NCBI GenBank assembly: GCA_951406725.2
Contig: OX597818.1
Span: forward strand, 122,884,001-122,948,000
Direction: 5' to 3'
From: Octopus vulgaris
Taxonomy: Eukaryota
Length of the DNA stretch: 64,000 bases
How positions within the stretch are numbered: the first letter of the stretch is position 1; each line of letters starts with the position of its first letter. Made by a program: the position numbers and the translations under genes. The notes beneath the pieces are model-generated. The model saw only the letters and a program-made list of their open reading frames with translations, searched no databases and was not told the origin of the DNA. Of this stretch, positions 42,414 to 55,467 are shown in pieces.

Positions 42414-42531
42414 AGACGTCATGATAGATTGTTAACCACTAGACACATTTTTTCTCTCCTTGTTTTCTGTGTCCCTTTCTGTAGGAGAGCGTAGGCTCGA
42501 AACGTCTTTTGTTGTTTTTTTCGTAAAATCT

Positions 42532-43130
<599 letters not shown>

Positions 43131-43138
43131 ACATACAA

Positions 43139-43235
<97 letters not shown>

Positions 43236-44559
43236 TGTATGTATGTATGTATGTATGTATTTATAGCTTGCTTCTATATTCAGTTATAATAAAAACAATT
43301 TTACATTAATCTCACGGGTTACTCTATACCTTCGTAGAGTGCAAATTTGTTATTCTGAAACAATAATGTTGTTGAGAGTGGCTTCGAAGCTTCGGCCAAC
43401 TAAGTCAGACGATGGCTTTGCTGGCCAAGACATCGAAGTCACTTCTAATACCATTCTTGTTTTAGAATGTATGTGTGTGTATGTGCGTGTTTGCGTGTGC
43501 GTGACTGATTGTACGTATATGCACAATTGATAATGCTTCTAGATTTATACAACCTGTTGCAGTTCCACTCTAGCAGCATTTTTTCCTTTCACGAAGACAA
43601 ATCCGCTTATTACCTTTCCACTGCACATTGTCAACCACATAAAACAGTTACACGTCACAGTCGCCTTTTAATCATACATTTAACGCTCCACTAAAAGCAC
43701 ATTTCTTTCTAAAAACTCCTTGCCAAGTGCTTTCAGGCATTTTTCATCCATGATGCTACTCTTACTTGAAAGAACTACAGAGTTTGGAAGTATTTGGATT
43801 TTACGAATTCGAATAAAGGATTATCCATTGTATTTAAATAATAAACAAGTCATTCCATTTATTATTGTTTGTACTATTCATATTAGATAAGTCATTCTGT
43901 TCTTACCACCTAATGTACTAACATTTATGTGCCTTTATACATAAATACTGATATTCGTACATTCTATTATTCTTTTACTTGTTTCACTATCTCGAAGTCT
44001 TTTAGTCGAACAAATAGACCCCAGAACTTATTTCTTAACCCTTGTGTTTTTGGATCGGTCTCTATTGCCGAACCGCGAGGTTACGGGGACTTAAACACAC
44101 CAACATCAGTTGTCGAGTGATGGTGGGGAGACAAAGACACACACACACACCCACATACACGCACACGCACACATATATATACTTGACTGATGAAAGAAGG
44201 CTACAAATGACCTATCTTTTTCTTCTGTCCTTCTAATTGGTGTTTTTCCTGTTGTCTGCCTTTGTATTGTCTATCTGTCCGATTGCTTTACTCTCCTCTA
44301 TTGCGTTTTTGTTCCATTTCATATATATATATATAAATATTCTGTTACTCTTTTTTCTTTTATTATTTTGCCTATTTCAATAATTTCCCTGTGGCTTTGC
44401 AGGAGGATTTCTTTGAAGTGAAGTCTTTTTGTCGAACAATTCGACCTCAGGACTTATTTTTAAGCCTAGTACATATTCACACGGTCTCTTTGCTAAACCA
44501 TTAAGTTACGGGGAGGTAAACAAACCAATACCGGCTCTCAAGCGATGATAAGGTAAGTA

Positions 44560-44823
44560 TTACACCGAACAAAAATATAAATAACATTTCTTAGACGAAT
44601 ATAGTGTCATGTTGACAATAGCAATTTCAAGTTAATAATCATTCTGCAAATTTTCGTTTGTTGATCTCATAGTATAAACTCCCTTATAGATAATGTTTCC
44701 GGTTTTACCAGTAGGGGCTAAAATGAAAAGATTGTTCTTTCTCCCCACTCTGGATGTCACAACGTATAACTGACCATGTAAGAAAAATTCCTCTTCTAAT
44801 TGCGAACTAGAAAGTTTCAGTGT
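44560..44823 (-). mobile_element. Helitron PIF1-like helicase C-terminal remnant; probable 5' part at ~46378-46700
   Basis: ETLKL..QLEEEFFLHGQLYVVTSRVG..NLFILAPTGKTGNIIY matches Helitron FSHGQLYVAxSRV. Confidence 0.75.
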
Positions 44824-46377
44824 TTCCCAGCAATGCTCCTCAAATCGTGCAAACGGGCCCTGGCTCTGCAAGTAACTCTTCCAGAGTTTTTTTCAAATGG
44901 CAAGCTACCAAGAAAATTGAAGGAGGGAATAATATGCCAAATCCATAAAGGAGGAAGCAGAACAGATGTCAAAATTTATAGGCTTATCTCTCTGACTTCG
45001 AACATCAGCAAAGTCATGGAGCGAATAGTCAGATGAAAACTGATCGCATTCCTGGAAGAAAACGATTTCCTGAGTGATACCCAGCATGGTTTTCGACCAG
45101 GTAGGAGCTGCCTGGCACAGGTCCTACAACACTATGACTGGGTGTTGAAGCAGTTACCCGACAACTCAAATCTAGATGTAATATACTTTGACTTTGCAAT
45201 AGCTTTTGATAAAGTTGATCATGGTATGATATGCCATAAACTGCGCAATTTTAGTTTAGCTGGAAAACATAGAGAGTGATTATATGACTTGCTGAAAGAT
45301 AGAAGTCTGACAGTGGTAGCCAATGGAGCCACCTTAAAGAAAACACAAATAGTGAGTGGTGTTCCACAGGGCACTGTCTTGGAACCACTGCCTATCATAG
45401 TGGCCCTCTCAGATATGCCCTCAGCTGCCCGGATATCCACTCTTGCTAGCTACGCAGACGATACGAAAGTCTCGCAGAAAATACAAAATCCTTGTGATGT
45501 TACACGTCTGCAGCTGGAGTTGGACCTAGTTTAGAGATGGGTTGAGAACAATAATATGCAGTTTAATGCTGAACAAGTTCAATCCCTGTGCTACCAGCAC
45601 TCAAAACTCAATCCAAGATCCTAAGTCAGTGCGTGACCTGGGTATCAACAGGAGTGGTGACATTCCTTTCGAAGTGCACATTACTAAGATGGCGACAAAG
45701 TGCAGACAACTGGCTGGGTGGATGCTGAAAACCTTCAAAACCAGAGCGAACGAAACCATGATGTTCCTTTGGAGAACATTTGTTCTCAGCTGCCTGGACT
45801 ATTGCTCCCAACTATGGTCACCCCACAGTGTAGAATGAGCAGCGGACCTTGACGCAATCTAGTGAAGCTTTAAAAAGCAGATCGTCTCATTGCAACAGCT
45901 CAGCTACTGCGAAAGGCTGAAACAGCTAAGGCTCTATTCCCTGGGGCGAAGGCTGGAGAGATATGCAGTAGCATACATCTGGAAGATCCTGGAAAGGATT
46001 GTGCCAAATTTTGGTATTTACAGCTACACAAATGCCAGAATGGGTCACCACTGCACAGTGGAATATATCCCAGCAATGCCGTCGCGCTTTAGGACTAGTT
46101 ACTGCAAAAGCCAGGGTTTCATGGGCCCATAGATTTTAATATTATCCCAAACAGCCTCAGAGACCTACTCAAAGTAGTTGTAGGTGTTTTCAAAACAAAA
46201 TTGCATCTCTTCCTGTCGAGAGTCCCAGATGCACCTACCCCGCAGTGGGAGGTGCAAATGAGAGCAGCGATATCAAACTCCCTTATTCACCAAATGTCGC
46301 ATATCAGAAGAGGTTCTCAATAATAAAAGTGTAGCAAAACGGTGGTGCCCGAGCATGGCTCGGCTGAAACCTATAAA
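44824..46377 (+). mobile_element. 5'-truncated CR1/L2-group LINE (RT pseudogene)
   Basis: IHKGGSR..YRLISLTS..KVMERI; QHGFRPGRSC; DFAIAFDKVDH; SGVPQGTVL; YADDTK; LDYCSQLWSP. Multiple stops. Confidence 0.9.
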
Positions 46378-46701
46378 GTGGTACGTTAATCCGATAAAAA
46401 TTAAAACCCTTACAACCTTTATTTATTTATTTTTCATTTCGAAGTGGTTATATAAAAATTATCTTAGTCCCTTCATTTATTTTTGAAATGCGATTATGTA
46501 CATCTTTGAAAAGGGCCAGTATCTCCCTTCGGAGAGCGACTAGAGAATCGGGACCAATTCCATTGTCTTCGATGGGGAATTTTACACAAGTATTAACTTT
46601 TAGTTTTTATATCCACGCTGCAGCTTTTCTTCCTATAGGTGGACAGACAGCCAGAGAGATAGATAGACACATCTATTTTTATTATATATTATATTATATT
46701 T

Positions 46702-46747
<46 letters not shown>

Positions 46748-47344
46748 TCAAAGATAAACCCTATTGTGTAGTAAGTTAGTAATATCATTGGAGTGATGGA
46801 TATATGCCTGTGGTATTTGTTACTATTTTCTACTGGACTTATATTCGGCCGAGATCAACTTTGTCTTTCGTGCAAATGATAGCGAAGTGGGTAAGATATC
46901 TTGCATTGTCGGTTCCAACAATTTTTCCTTCTAGTGACAACGATTGTAACAACATTGGTGCTAGTTTTTTCAGCCATGTCAGTAGCCTCTGCCTCGGATA
47001 AAGTTCAGGGACGAGTCTCAGTAAGCGTTGCATGCACAGGCAACGGCTGATCTTCTTTAGAAAATGTTTCCTAGGCTTGCATATACATGCATATACGTGC
47101 AATATGTATATACATGCACATAGATTACGGACTGAGGCTCTATGAGTATCGTTTGATATTATTTCAAGAAAACCTCCTCCTTTGCTGTTTGGCGCTTGGG
47201 TTTTTGTATAAGATTTACATAATTGCCACGTCTGTATTTATGCGCGTATGTATCCATAAATATAATACTTATGTGCATGACTATGTATGTATTTATGTAT
47301 GTATGTTTTACTTACTCATGTATGCATATATGTATTACTTACGT

Positions 47345-47730
47345 GGAGGCGCAATGGCCCAGTGGTTAGGGCAGCGGACTCGCGGTCATAGGATCGCGGT
47401 TTCGATTTCCAGACCGGGCGTTGTGAGTGTTTATTGAGCGAAAACACCTAAAAGCTCCACGAGGCTCCGGCAGGGATGGTGGTGATCCCTGCTGTACTCT
47501 TTCACCACAACTTTCTCTCACTCTTACTTCCTGTTTCTGTTGTACCTGTATTTCAAAGGGGCCGGCCTTGTCACTCTCTGTGTCACGCTGAATATCCCCG
47601 AAAACTACGTTAAGGGTACACGTGTCTGTGGAGTGCTCAGCCACTTACACGTTAATTTCACGAGCAGGCTGTTCCGTTGAATCGGAACAACCGGAACCCT
47701 CGTCGTCGCACCAGACGGAGTGCTTCCAAA
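47345..47730 (+). mobile_element. Full-length tRNA-derived SINE
   Basis: Box A TGGCCCAGTGG, box B GGTTTCGATTTCC. TTACTTACGT occurs on both sides (possible TSD). Confidence 0.88.
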
Positions 47731-47980
47731 ATTACTTACGTGTAGACGTGTATTTTCTGATATAAATATTGATCATCTTAGTAGATGAGCAGTTCATAAA
47801 ATATCTGCCACAATGGCGATCTACGGAAACCAAATGTATTTTAGAGTAGATGAGTGTTCTGGAACTTTAGTTTAGTTTCACCTGGCAGCTTTGCAAATAA
47901 TTTCAAATAATTTGACAGAGCGCCTAATACTCTAAGCGTCATACAAAGCACTAACAAATACACACACATATACATTTATT

Positions 47981-48145
<165 letters not shown>

Positions 48146-48146
48146 G

Positions 48147-48190
<44 letters not shown>

Positions 48191-48634
48191 CATAATTATG
48201 TGTGTGTATGCGTGTGTATACACATATAAATCCGTGCGCGTTCATGTATTTTTGTATATGTGCATCTATGTGTGTACGTATGTGTGTGCGAAGCTTAAAG
48301 TTTACCAGATCTGTCAAATTAATACAAAAATTACCAAAGATATTACTAAAGTAAGTATTTCAGCAAGTAATTCGTTTTTTCTGCGTCACGTTTAAGAGAA
48401 CTAATTACATTAGTCCTTGAACTCTCGCCTTCTCTTACTCTCTCTATATATATATGTATCCCAAATCGATGGTCAAAGCATTGTCTCTCTTGGTTCAGCG
48501 CTCTAAGCGAATTACAACACCGACTTTCGCTGATTAATGCTCTAAACCAAATTGTTTATAACACGAGCGTTGACCCCCTACTTTGACCTGATCAATCTCT
48601 GTACTTCTGTTCTTTTTCTCATATGTATAAATAA

Positions 48635-48665
<31 letters not shown>

Positions 48666-48667
48666 CA

Positions 48668-48698
<31 letters not shown>

Positions 48699-50727
48699 GT
48701 ACATACATACATATGTACATACATACAGAGTGTTTCTCCCGCTGAAACATACGTCATCTTGGTTATTTTTCTCAACCTTTCAATCTTTTAACCCACACAC
48801 TACTTAATTTGCTTATTCTCACTTCGGTTTGGTGTCCAAAACGTGACGATGCTAGAAACACTGGCGAAACGAACAAGACGGAAAAAATAAAACGAATAAA
48901 CTTTCGTTTCACACATTTTCAATCTTATTTTTTCTTCCTTTCAGTTTTTTTCTTTGTTTTTTTTTTGTTTGTTTCTGTACTTGTCTTTCACGTACTATTC
49001 CGATCGCTTTCTCTATCCATCTCTCTTTCTCTCTCTTTTTCTCTCTTTCTCTCACCATTTCTATCTTCATATCACTTTCTCATTTATTTTGTCTTGTTCA
49101 ATCAATATTGTATAGTTATGGCTTCAAACCTTTTTGCTGAATCTTCTAGTTATTATTTTATTAGGTGATGTATCTTGCTTTGTTACTTTAATAAGATACC
49201 TCGACTTTACAAGCCAATACTGAAACTTGTATATGGGCTGCGACCTGTTACATTATCAGCCAAATCTCATACAAATAATACCAGTCTGTCTAAGGAAAAT
49301 GAACAGTACATTCGATAATTCAGTTGAGAAGGTTCGCTTTGTCTAGAAAAAACAAAATGGCTATAGCTAGAAAGCCTATCATTGTTATTGAACTAAGCAA
49401 GAACTAGAACGATAGAAATTAAACAAAAAGACAACACCAGACACAACAACAGCAGCAACGACACTCTGCTCTTATAAGGAGTCTGGTAAGGCATTTATTT
49501 AATTCCAGTAATTACATATTTATCTAAGTAATGCCATAATAAAATATTTATCTAAGTAATGCCATAGTTGCAAGAAATCTCTCACTGCCAGATGCCTGAG
49601 TCAATTGCATAACCAAGATTCTTCTTTCGTTGAACTAGTACCGAAGTTTCAGTTATTCAATCAACTGACCTAACTGTTCATCTAATCTAACATGGAATTT
49701 GCGATGTTGCTTGGCTTCTGGTTATAAATTTACTTAAATAGTGAACAAGGGAATCACAGCGCACTATCAGCATGTTGCTAACTATAACGGGAAGTTTTAC
49801 GAAAATAAGCAAAAGACGAAGGGAGGTGGAGTACAAACAAACAAATGTATTAGTATGGCGCTCAGGAATAGAAATAGAACAAGTCTTTTAGGTTTCGAGC
49901 CTACACTCTTCGACAGAAAGATACACAGAAAAAAACAAGGAGAGAAAAAAATGCGTGTAGGAGCTAACGATCTATCATGGCGTCCTGACTTCGGACAGTG
50001 GTCAGACGCGAGAGGGACAGTAGGGGAGATAACTATACCATGTTTAATTAACACATGAGTTGTATTAACACATGGGTTACTTCATAATTAGTTTGTTTCA
50101 CAAACATTGCTTTTGTTCCCAATCATTCTTGCGTCCAGTGGTTTTAGAGCCCTTGACATAGCGGCTTCGTCCTTGGCTTGTCAAATTATTTGTATTTCAA
50201 GGTAAACGAATACATAATACGATGTCATTCCTTTTTGATTTTATCATAGGTGATGCTTTTGTTTCTTAAACCTGAAATGATTCATTGGCAAATTATATAT
50301 AGCTACTATATATATATATGTATACAAAAGAAACCAGCAAAGCAATTTTTTCTTCTTCCCTCACTCCCTTTTCTTCCTTTCCTTCTTTTTCTTTAACACA
50401 TCTTTCAGATAAAAAACACAGACACACACACATGCTCTCTCTCACTTTCTCCCCATTCATCACACTCTTGTACTATCTTATATCCCTCACCACCACTACA
50501 CACTCAATAACACTATAAAATGGTCAAAACTTTTTCGACAAGAACTTAGTTCAATTTGAAAACTCCACCAGAATGGACGAAAGCGATAAAATATGATATA
50601 TGATATAAGTTATAAGATGTATAAAAACATGTAATATACAAATAAATATCTGTAAATATATAACCATCCGAATTTCTGAGTACCTCATTTCTTCTAATAT
50701 AAAATACCTGTACATCATCTTCAAACC

Positions 50728-50800
<73 letters not shown>

Positions 50801-50814
50801 TATTTATACATATA

Positions 50815-51154
50815 TGTTCAGATGAATATGGTACTTAAGTTGAAGGCACCAGCATTTAGTATGGTATTATCCATTCAATTTAGAATAAGATGATTATTAT
50901 CAAAATAAGCAACAAGGAGATCCAGAGGTAATTCAGTGCAATCGTTTCATGCGACTCCATTTAATTGAACAATGCAAACATTACATCAATTTAAAATGTT
51001 GAGCAATCTTCAGCTGCACAAAAATAGAGAATTTAATTAAATTCGAAAGACTCATTAGTATAATTTTATCCAAAATCTCTAAGAGGATAAGGAGATAAAC
51101 AAAGAACATGTTTTACCAACAACATCACAGTTGATATCCTTGTTGCTTATTTTG

Positions 51155-51158
<4 letters not shown>
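50815..51158 (-). mobile_element. PLE pLTR-like repeat with short inverted end and long-stem-II HHR motif (50936-51019)
   Basis: ATCAAAATAAGCAACAAGGA pairs with TCCTTGTTGCTTATTTTGAT. GUGCAG CUGAAGA UUGC..(long hairpin)..GCAU GAAA CGAU UGCAC. Confidence 0.5.
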
Positions 51159-51202
<44 letters not shown>

Positions 51203-51928
51203 GTATAGGAAAGAATGGAGCTGAACGAAGATTTAACAAAATTCCTTTATTTTATTTTCTATACTTAATATATAAAACTTCAAATTTCCGCACTAAGGCA
51301 CGGATTTTATGCCCTATGGTCGTAACTTCAACCGTGCCCTTTCTGTTGTGAATTTTGCTACCCAGGTATCGGTTATCTTTCGAATTATCCGTAATGAGAT
51401 ACAATGAGAAACAATGAAGTTATTAATAAGGGAAACTGAAATTAATGCATGCAATATTTCTCAGCTCTGATATCATTCCTTCATAGTCAGTCTATGAACT
51501 TTTCAGTCCAGTCTTGTATACATCGTCAGTTCTCTATTAGTTCTATTCTTTTATTCTTTTACTTGTTTCAGTCATTTGACTGCGGCCATGCTGGAGCACC
51601 GCCTTTACTCGAGCAAATCGACCCCGGGACATATTCTTTTGTAAACCCAGTACTTATTCTATCGGTCTCTTTTGCCGAACCGCTAAGTTGTGTATTTTAC
51701 GCTAAATTCTTCCTAAGAAATGTAAGAACACGGCCGCACAGGGCCGATGTGTAGGCAGAAAGGAAAAAAAATGACACGTCTTCAGTTGTAAGTCTAAGTA
51801 ATCAAAGCTTTTTTGATACACAAACATTACCAACAACAATAAGGATGACGATGCCAAGAAAAAAAAAACAACGCCAACAATGAAAACTATGGCAACAACA
51901 ATAAAAACAACGGCAACAATTACGACTA

Positions 51929-53161
51929 TTAGGTTGACGGGAAAGTTCCGAGCGTTTCTTAATATGCACAAAAGAATATAAATAATTGACCTTTCAATAA
52001 ATTTTATTCAATGAAATAATTTCCATTATTATTAATGACCTTTAACCATCTATCAGACAATTTAAATATTCCATCAGCATAACTTTTCACTGGTTTTGAA
52101 GAAAGAAAGTTAGCTTGATGCATTTTGATTCCATCTAAATCGCTAATTGTTTTTTCTTGCAATGAGTTCCGGAGATTCAAAAGCAAGTGGTAGTGGGATG
52201 GGGTAAGATATCTCAGCCAAGTTCATGTAACTTCGTTTGGGTAACCAAAGACAGACGTAGTCGGGCATTATCTTCTTGGAACACTACCTCTTTCCTGTTA
52301 GCAATCTCCAGCCTCAATTCTTTGATTTGTTTTGTTTAAATTAGTCAGCTGACACATCAGAATTAATGGCCTGGTCTTGAGGGAGGAATTCATAATAAAT
52401 AATACTTTTATGTTCCCACCAAACACAAAGCATAGCGCTTTTTGGCACGGATATGCTGCTTTACTTGCTATTTTGGGGGATCCTTACGCAAACTTTAAGA
52501 TCTTTTTTGCACTACATTTCCGTACACAATCCATTTTTTATCTCCAATAACAAGCTGTTTAAAGAATGGCATGCCTTCATTCCATGTCAAAAGCATATCA
52601 CAAACGGATACCGGTCCCAGCAACTTTTTTCTGTGAGTTTGTGAGGGACCCATACATTATAGCGAGAAATGCATCCTAGCTTCACGAGGTATTCATGAGC
52701 CTTGCTTTTAGAAACTTCCAGCTCCTCTGCTACTTCTCTAGTCGTGATACGTGAGTTTTCTTCTATTTTTGCCTTCAAAGCATCGTTTGATTTTGAAGAT
52801 CTTCACATCGGTTGTAATCTTCCAGGCTAAACTCTACAGCTTTAGATTTTGCAAACCACTTTCCAACAGTTGACATCACCATAAACTTAAAAAATGTTTT
52901 TTGCATGTCTGTGCAGGATTTTCTTCTTTTCCAAAAGAGAAAAATATGACAATGCGAAAATAAAATATTGGGTTATCCAATTCAAATGTCAATGAAAGGT
53001 AACCGAAATGAAAGACAAATCTATTTTTAGGAGGAACAAAGAAGAGATGCACTACCACTTCAAGCAATGCCAAAATTTTAACTGTTTTATGTTTCAGGTG
53101 TGTTCAATGAAGCGTTATAAGATTTAGCTTAAAAGCGCTCTGAACTTTTCGGGCAAACTAA
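51929..53161 (-). mobile_element. Full-length decayed mariner (1233 bp) with both TIRs and TA TSD
   Basis: TA|TTAGGTTGACGGGAAAGTTC ... GAACTTTTCGGGCAAACTAA|TA; WVPHKL; GIFKLSDRWLKVINNNGNYF. Confidence 0.92.
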
Positions 53162-53304
53162 TAAAACAAAAAACAACATCAACAATAATAACAACAACAA
53201 TAACAACTATGCCAATAACAGTAGAAAGAACAGTGCCAACGAGAACGATTCAAACATTGTATCAGTTCAGTTGTATATTTAAGAGATGAGTTATTATGTA
53301 CGTT

Positions 53305-53464
53305 ATTTACATTATTTGCATTATTTACATTTGACGGATATTTGTCCTCATCTTGTTTGTTGTTAACACAACATTTCGGCTTATATACTCTCCAGCCTTC
53401 ATCAGGTGTCAGGTGTCTTGGGGAAATTTCGAACCTGTGTTCTCATTCCTAAAGTATTTTTCGA

Positions 53465-53470
<6 letters not shown>
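53305..53470 (-). mobile_element. HHR-bearing short repeat (motif 53366-53409); inverted partner at 55468-55618 (motif 55523-55566, +)
   Basis: ACAC CUGAUGA A GGCUG gagaguaua UAAGCC GAAA UG UU GUGU. Confidence 0.75.
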
Positions 53471-53544
<74 letters not shown>

Positions 53545-55292
53545 TATGTTTGACTTTTATTTTACATTTGCACAAGCTGGCTCCAAGTCTCACTCAGAGA
53601 CCTCAAGAGACAAGTTGGAAGTTCGTGTTCCCACCAGTTTTTATCATGGGGCAAATCCAGGTTTTTGCAGATTACCCAGTGGATATATTGTGCAGCTTTA
53701 TCATATCTGTTGAGATACTCTGTAGGCGCAAGAAGACTGCACTTGGAGACAGCATGATCAATGGTTTCATTTTGTTGTTGACATACACGACATGTTGGGC
53801 TACTGCCGTTCTTTAATATGTTGGTCTATTAGTTCCTTGTAGGTAGGCATTAACCTTGAACTGCTATGATAAACCCATCTGTTTCAGATTTTAAGCCAGA
53901 GGACATTAGCCATTGATGGGTCAGGGCTTTGTCAACATCCGCATTATTCGCTCTCTTTGGGTAATTGCCATAGAGAGGTTTTTCTTGCCATTTATCATTC
54001 AGAATATCTTAGGCAGCAGTTTTAGTACGGGTTTTCATGCGATTAGCTTTTTCTGTGTTTGTTTCTTGCATGTCTAATTCCGAAATTTGCTGTATTCGGA
54101 ATTCTCTTAGATATTCCGTTGCCTGTTTTGTTACTGAGTATGATGCTTTCTTGTTTTCATGATTTGAGAGAAGTTTTAAAATCCCATCCTCAGAGTTTTT
54201 CAAGTTTTTCAAGTTTTTCAAAGTCGTTCTATATCTGCCTTAGGGTGGTGCATTCTATGCATTGTCAACAGTTTTCGTATTTTTATGTCAAGATTACATA
54301 TTTCAGTAATTGACAAGTTAACGATATTGAAACTGTAAGTCACGACTGGTATGGCTAAAGCATTGATCGCTTCGATCCTGTTTCTCGCATTCAGCTCTGT
54401 CTTGAGTATTGCTCTTACTCTACGATAACATTCTCTCCTGATCCTTTCCTTCATCACTGAATGCCTTATTCCATCCCTTTCAATTACCCCTAGGTACTTG
54501 TAGCTATCCGCTAGATCTAACTCTTTTATGACATTCTGCTGGTCAAGGTAAACGTTAGATGTTTCTGTCATTTTTCCTTTGATAAAGGTAGCTTTTGCAC
54601 ATTTATCGAGGCCATATTGCATTCTGATGCCATCACTGAATTGTTTAACAATCGTTAGTAAGCCCTTGAGTTGTTGGTCAATTTTTGCAAAGAGCTTTAA
54701 ATCATCCATGTAAATGAGATGATTTGTATTTTTATCCAACTTTTTATAACTGTACTGTGCGTCATTGAACAATTTTGAGAGAGGCATTAAAGCTAAACAA
54801 AAGAGGAGTGGTGATAGTGAGTCACCCTGGAAAATTCCACATGAAATTTTTACATCACCAGCATTTAGAGATTCATCGTCACTGTTCAAAGTTAGTGTGG
54901 TTCTCCATGATCTCATACTTACAGACAAACAGTTTCGCAGAGTTGGAGTTGTTTTATACATTTCCAGGCATTTCTTAATCCAGCTATGTGGTAGGCTATC
55001 AAAAGACTTTTTTATAGTCTATCCAGGCTATTGATAAGTGTTTGTGTCTTTTGTGACAATCTTCTAAGATCATCTTATTGATGAGTAGCTGATATTTACA
55101 ACCATAGGATCCATGTTTACATCCTTTCTGTTCATTAGGGAATATGCTGCTGTCTATAAAAAATTATAGGTATATTCCGTCAGGACAGATGTTAGCGTTT
55201 TATACATAGTTGTTAAGCAGGTTATGGGTCCATAGTTTTGGGGTTCATTTGTTTTCTTCACTTTTTGGAAGCAGGAATGTTAAACTATTAAC
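53545..55292 (-). mobile_element. R4/Dong-like non-LTR retrotransposon RT fragment in (TAA)n
   Basis: YGPITCLT; GIFQGDSLSPLLFCLAL; NHLIYMDDLKLF; GLDKCA; YKYLGV; HHPKADIERL; IHWVIC. Flanked by (ATT)n on both sides. Confidence 0.9.
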
Positions 55293-55327
55293 AATTATTA
55301 TTATCATTATTATTATTATTATTATTA

Positions 55328-55388
<61 letters not shown>

Positions 55389-55392
55389 CATC

Positions 55393-55467
<75 letters not shown>

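Noticed and set aside
46839-47102. Possible piggyBac Cys-rich remnant (RRKNCWNRQCK in an alternative frame)
   Set aside because: Too little sequence; no TTAA or TIR found.
47345-47420. tRNA gene
   Set aside because: The tRNA-like head runs into a SINE body present in several copies.
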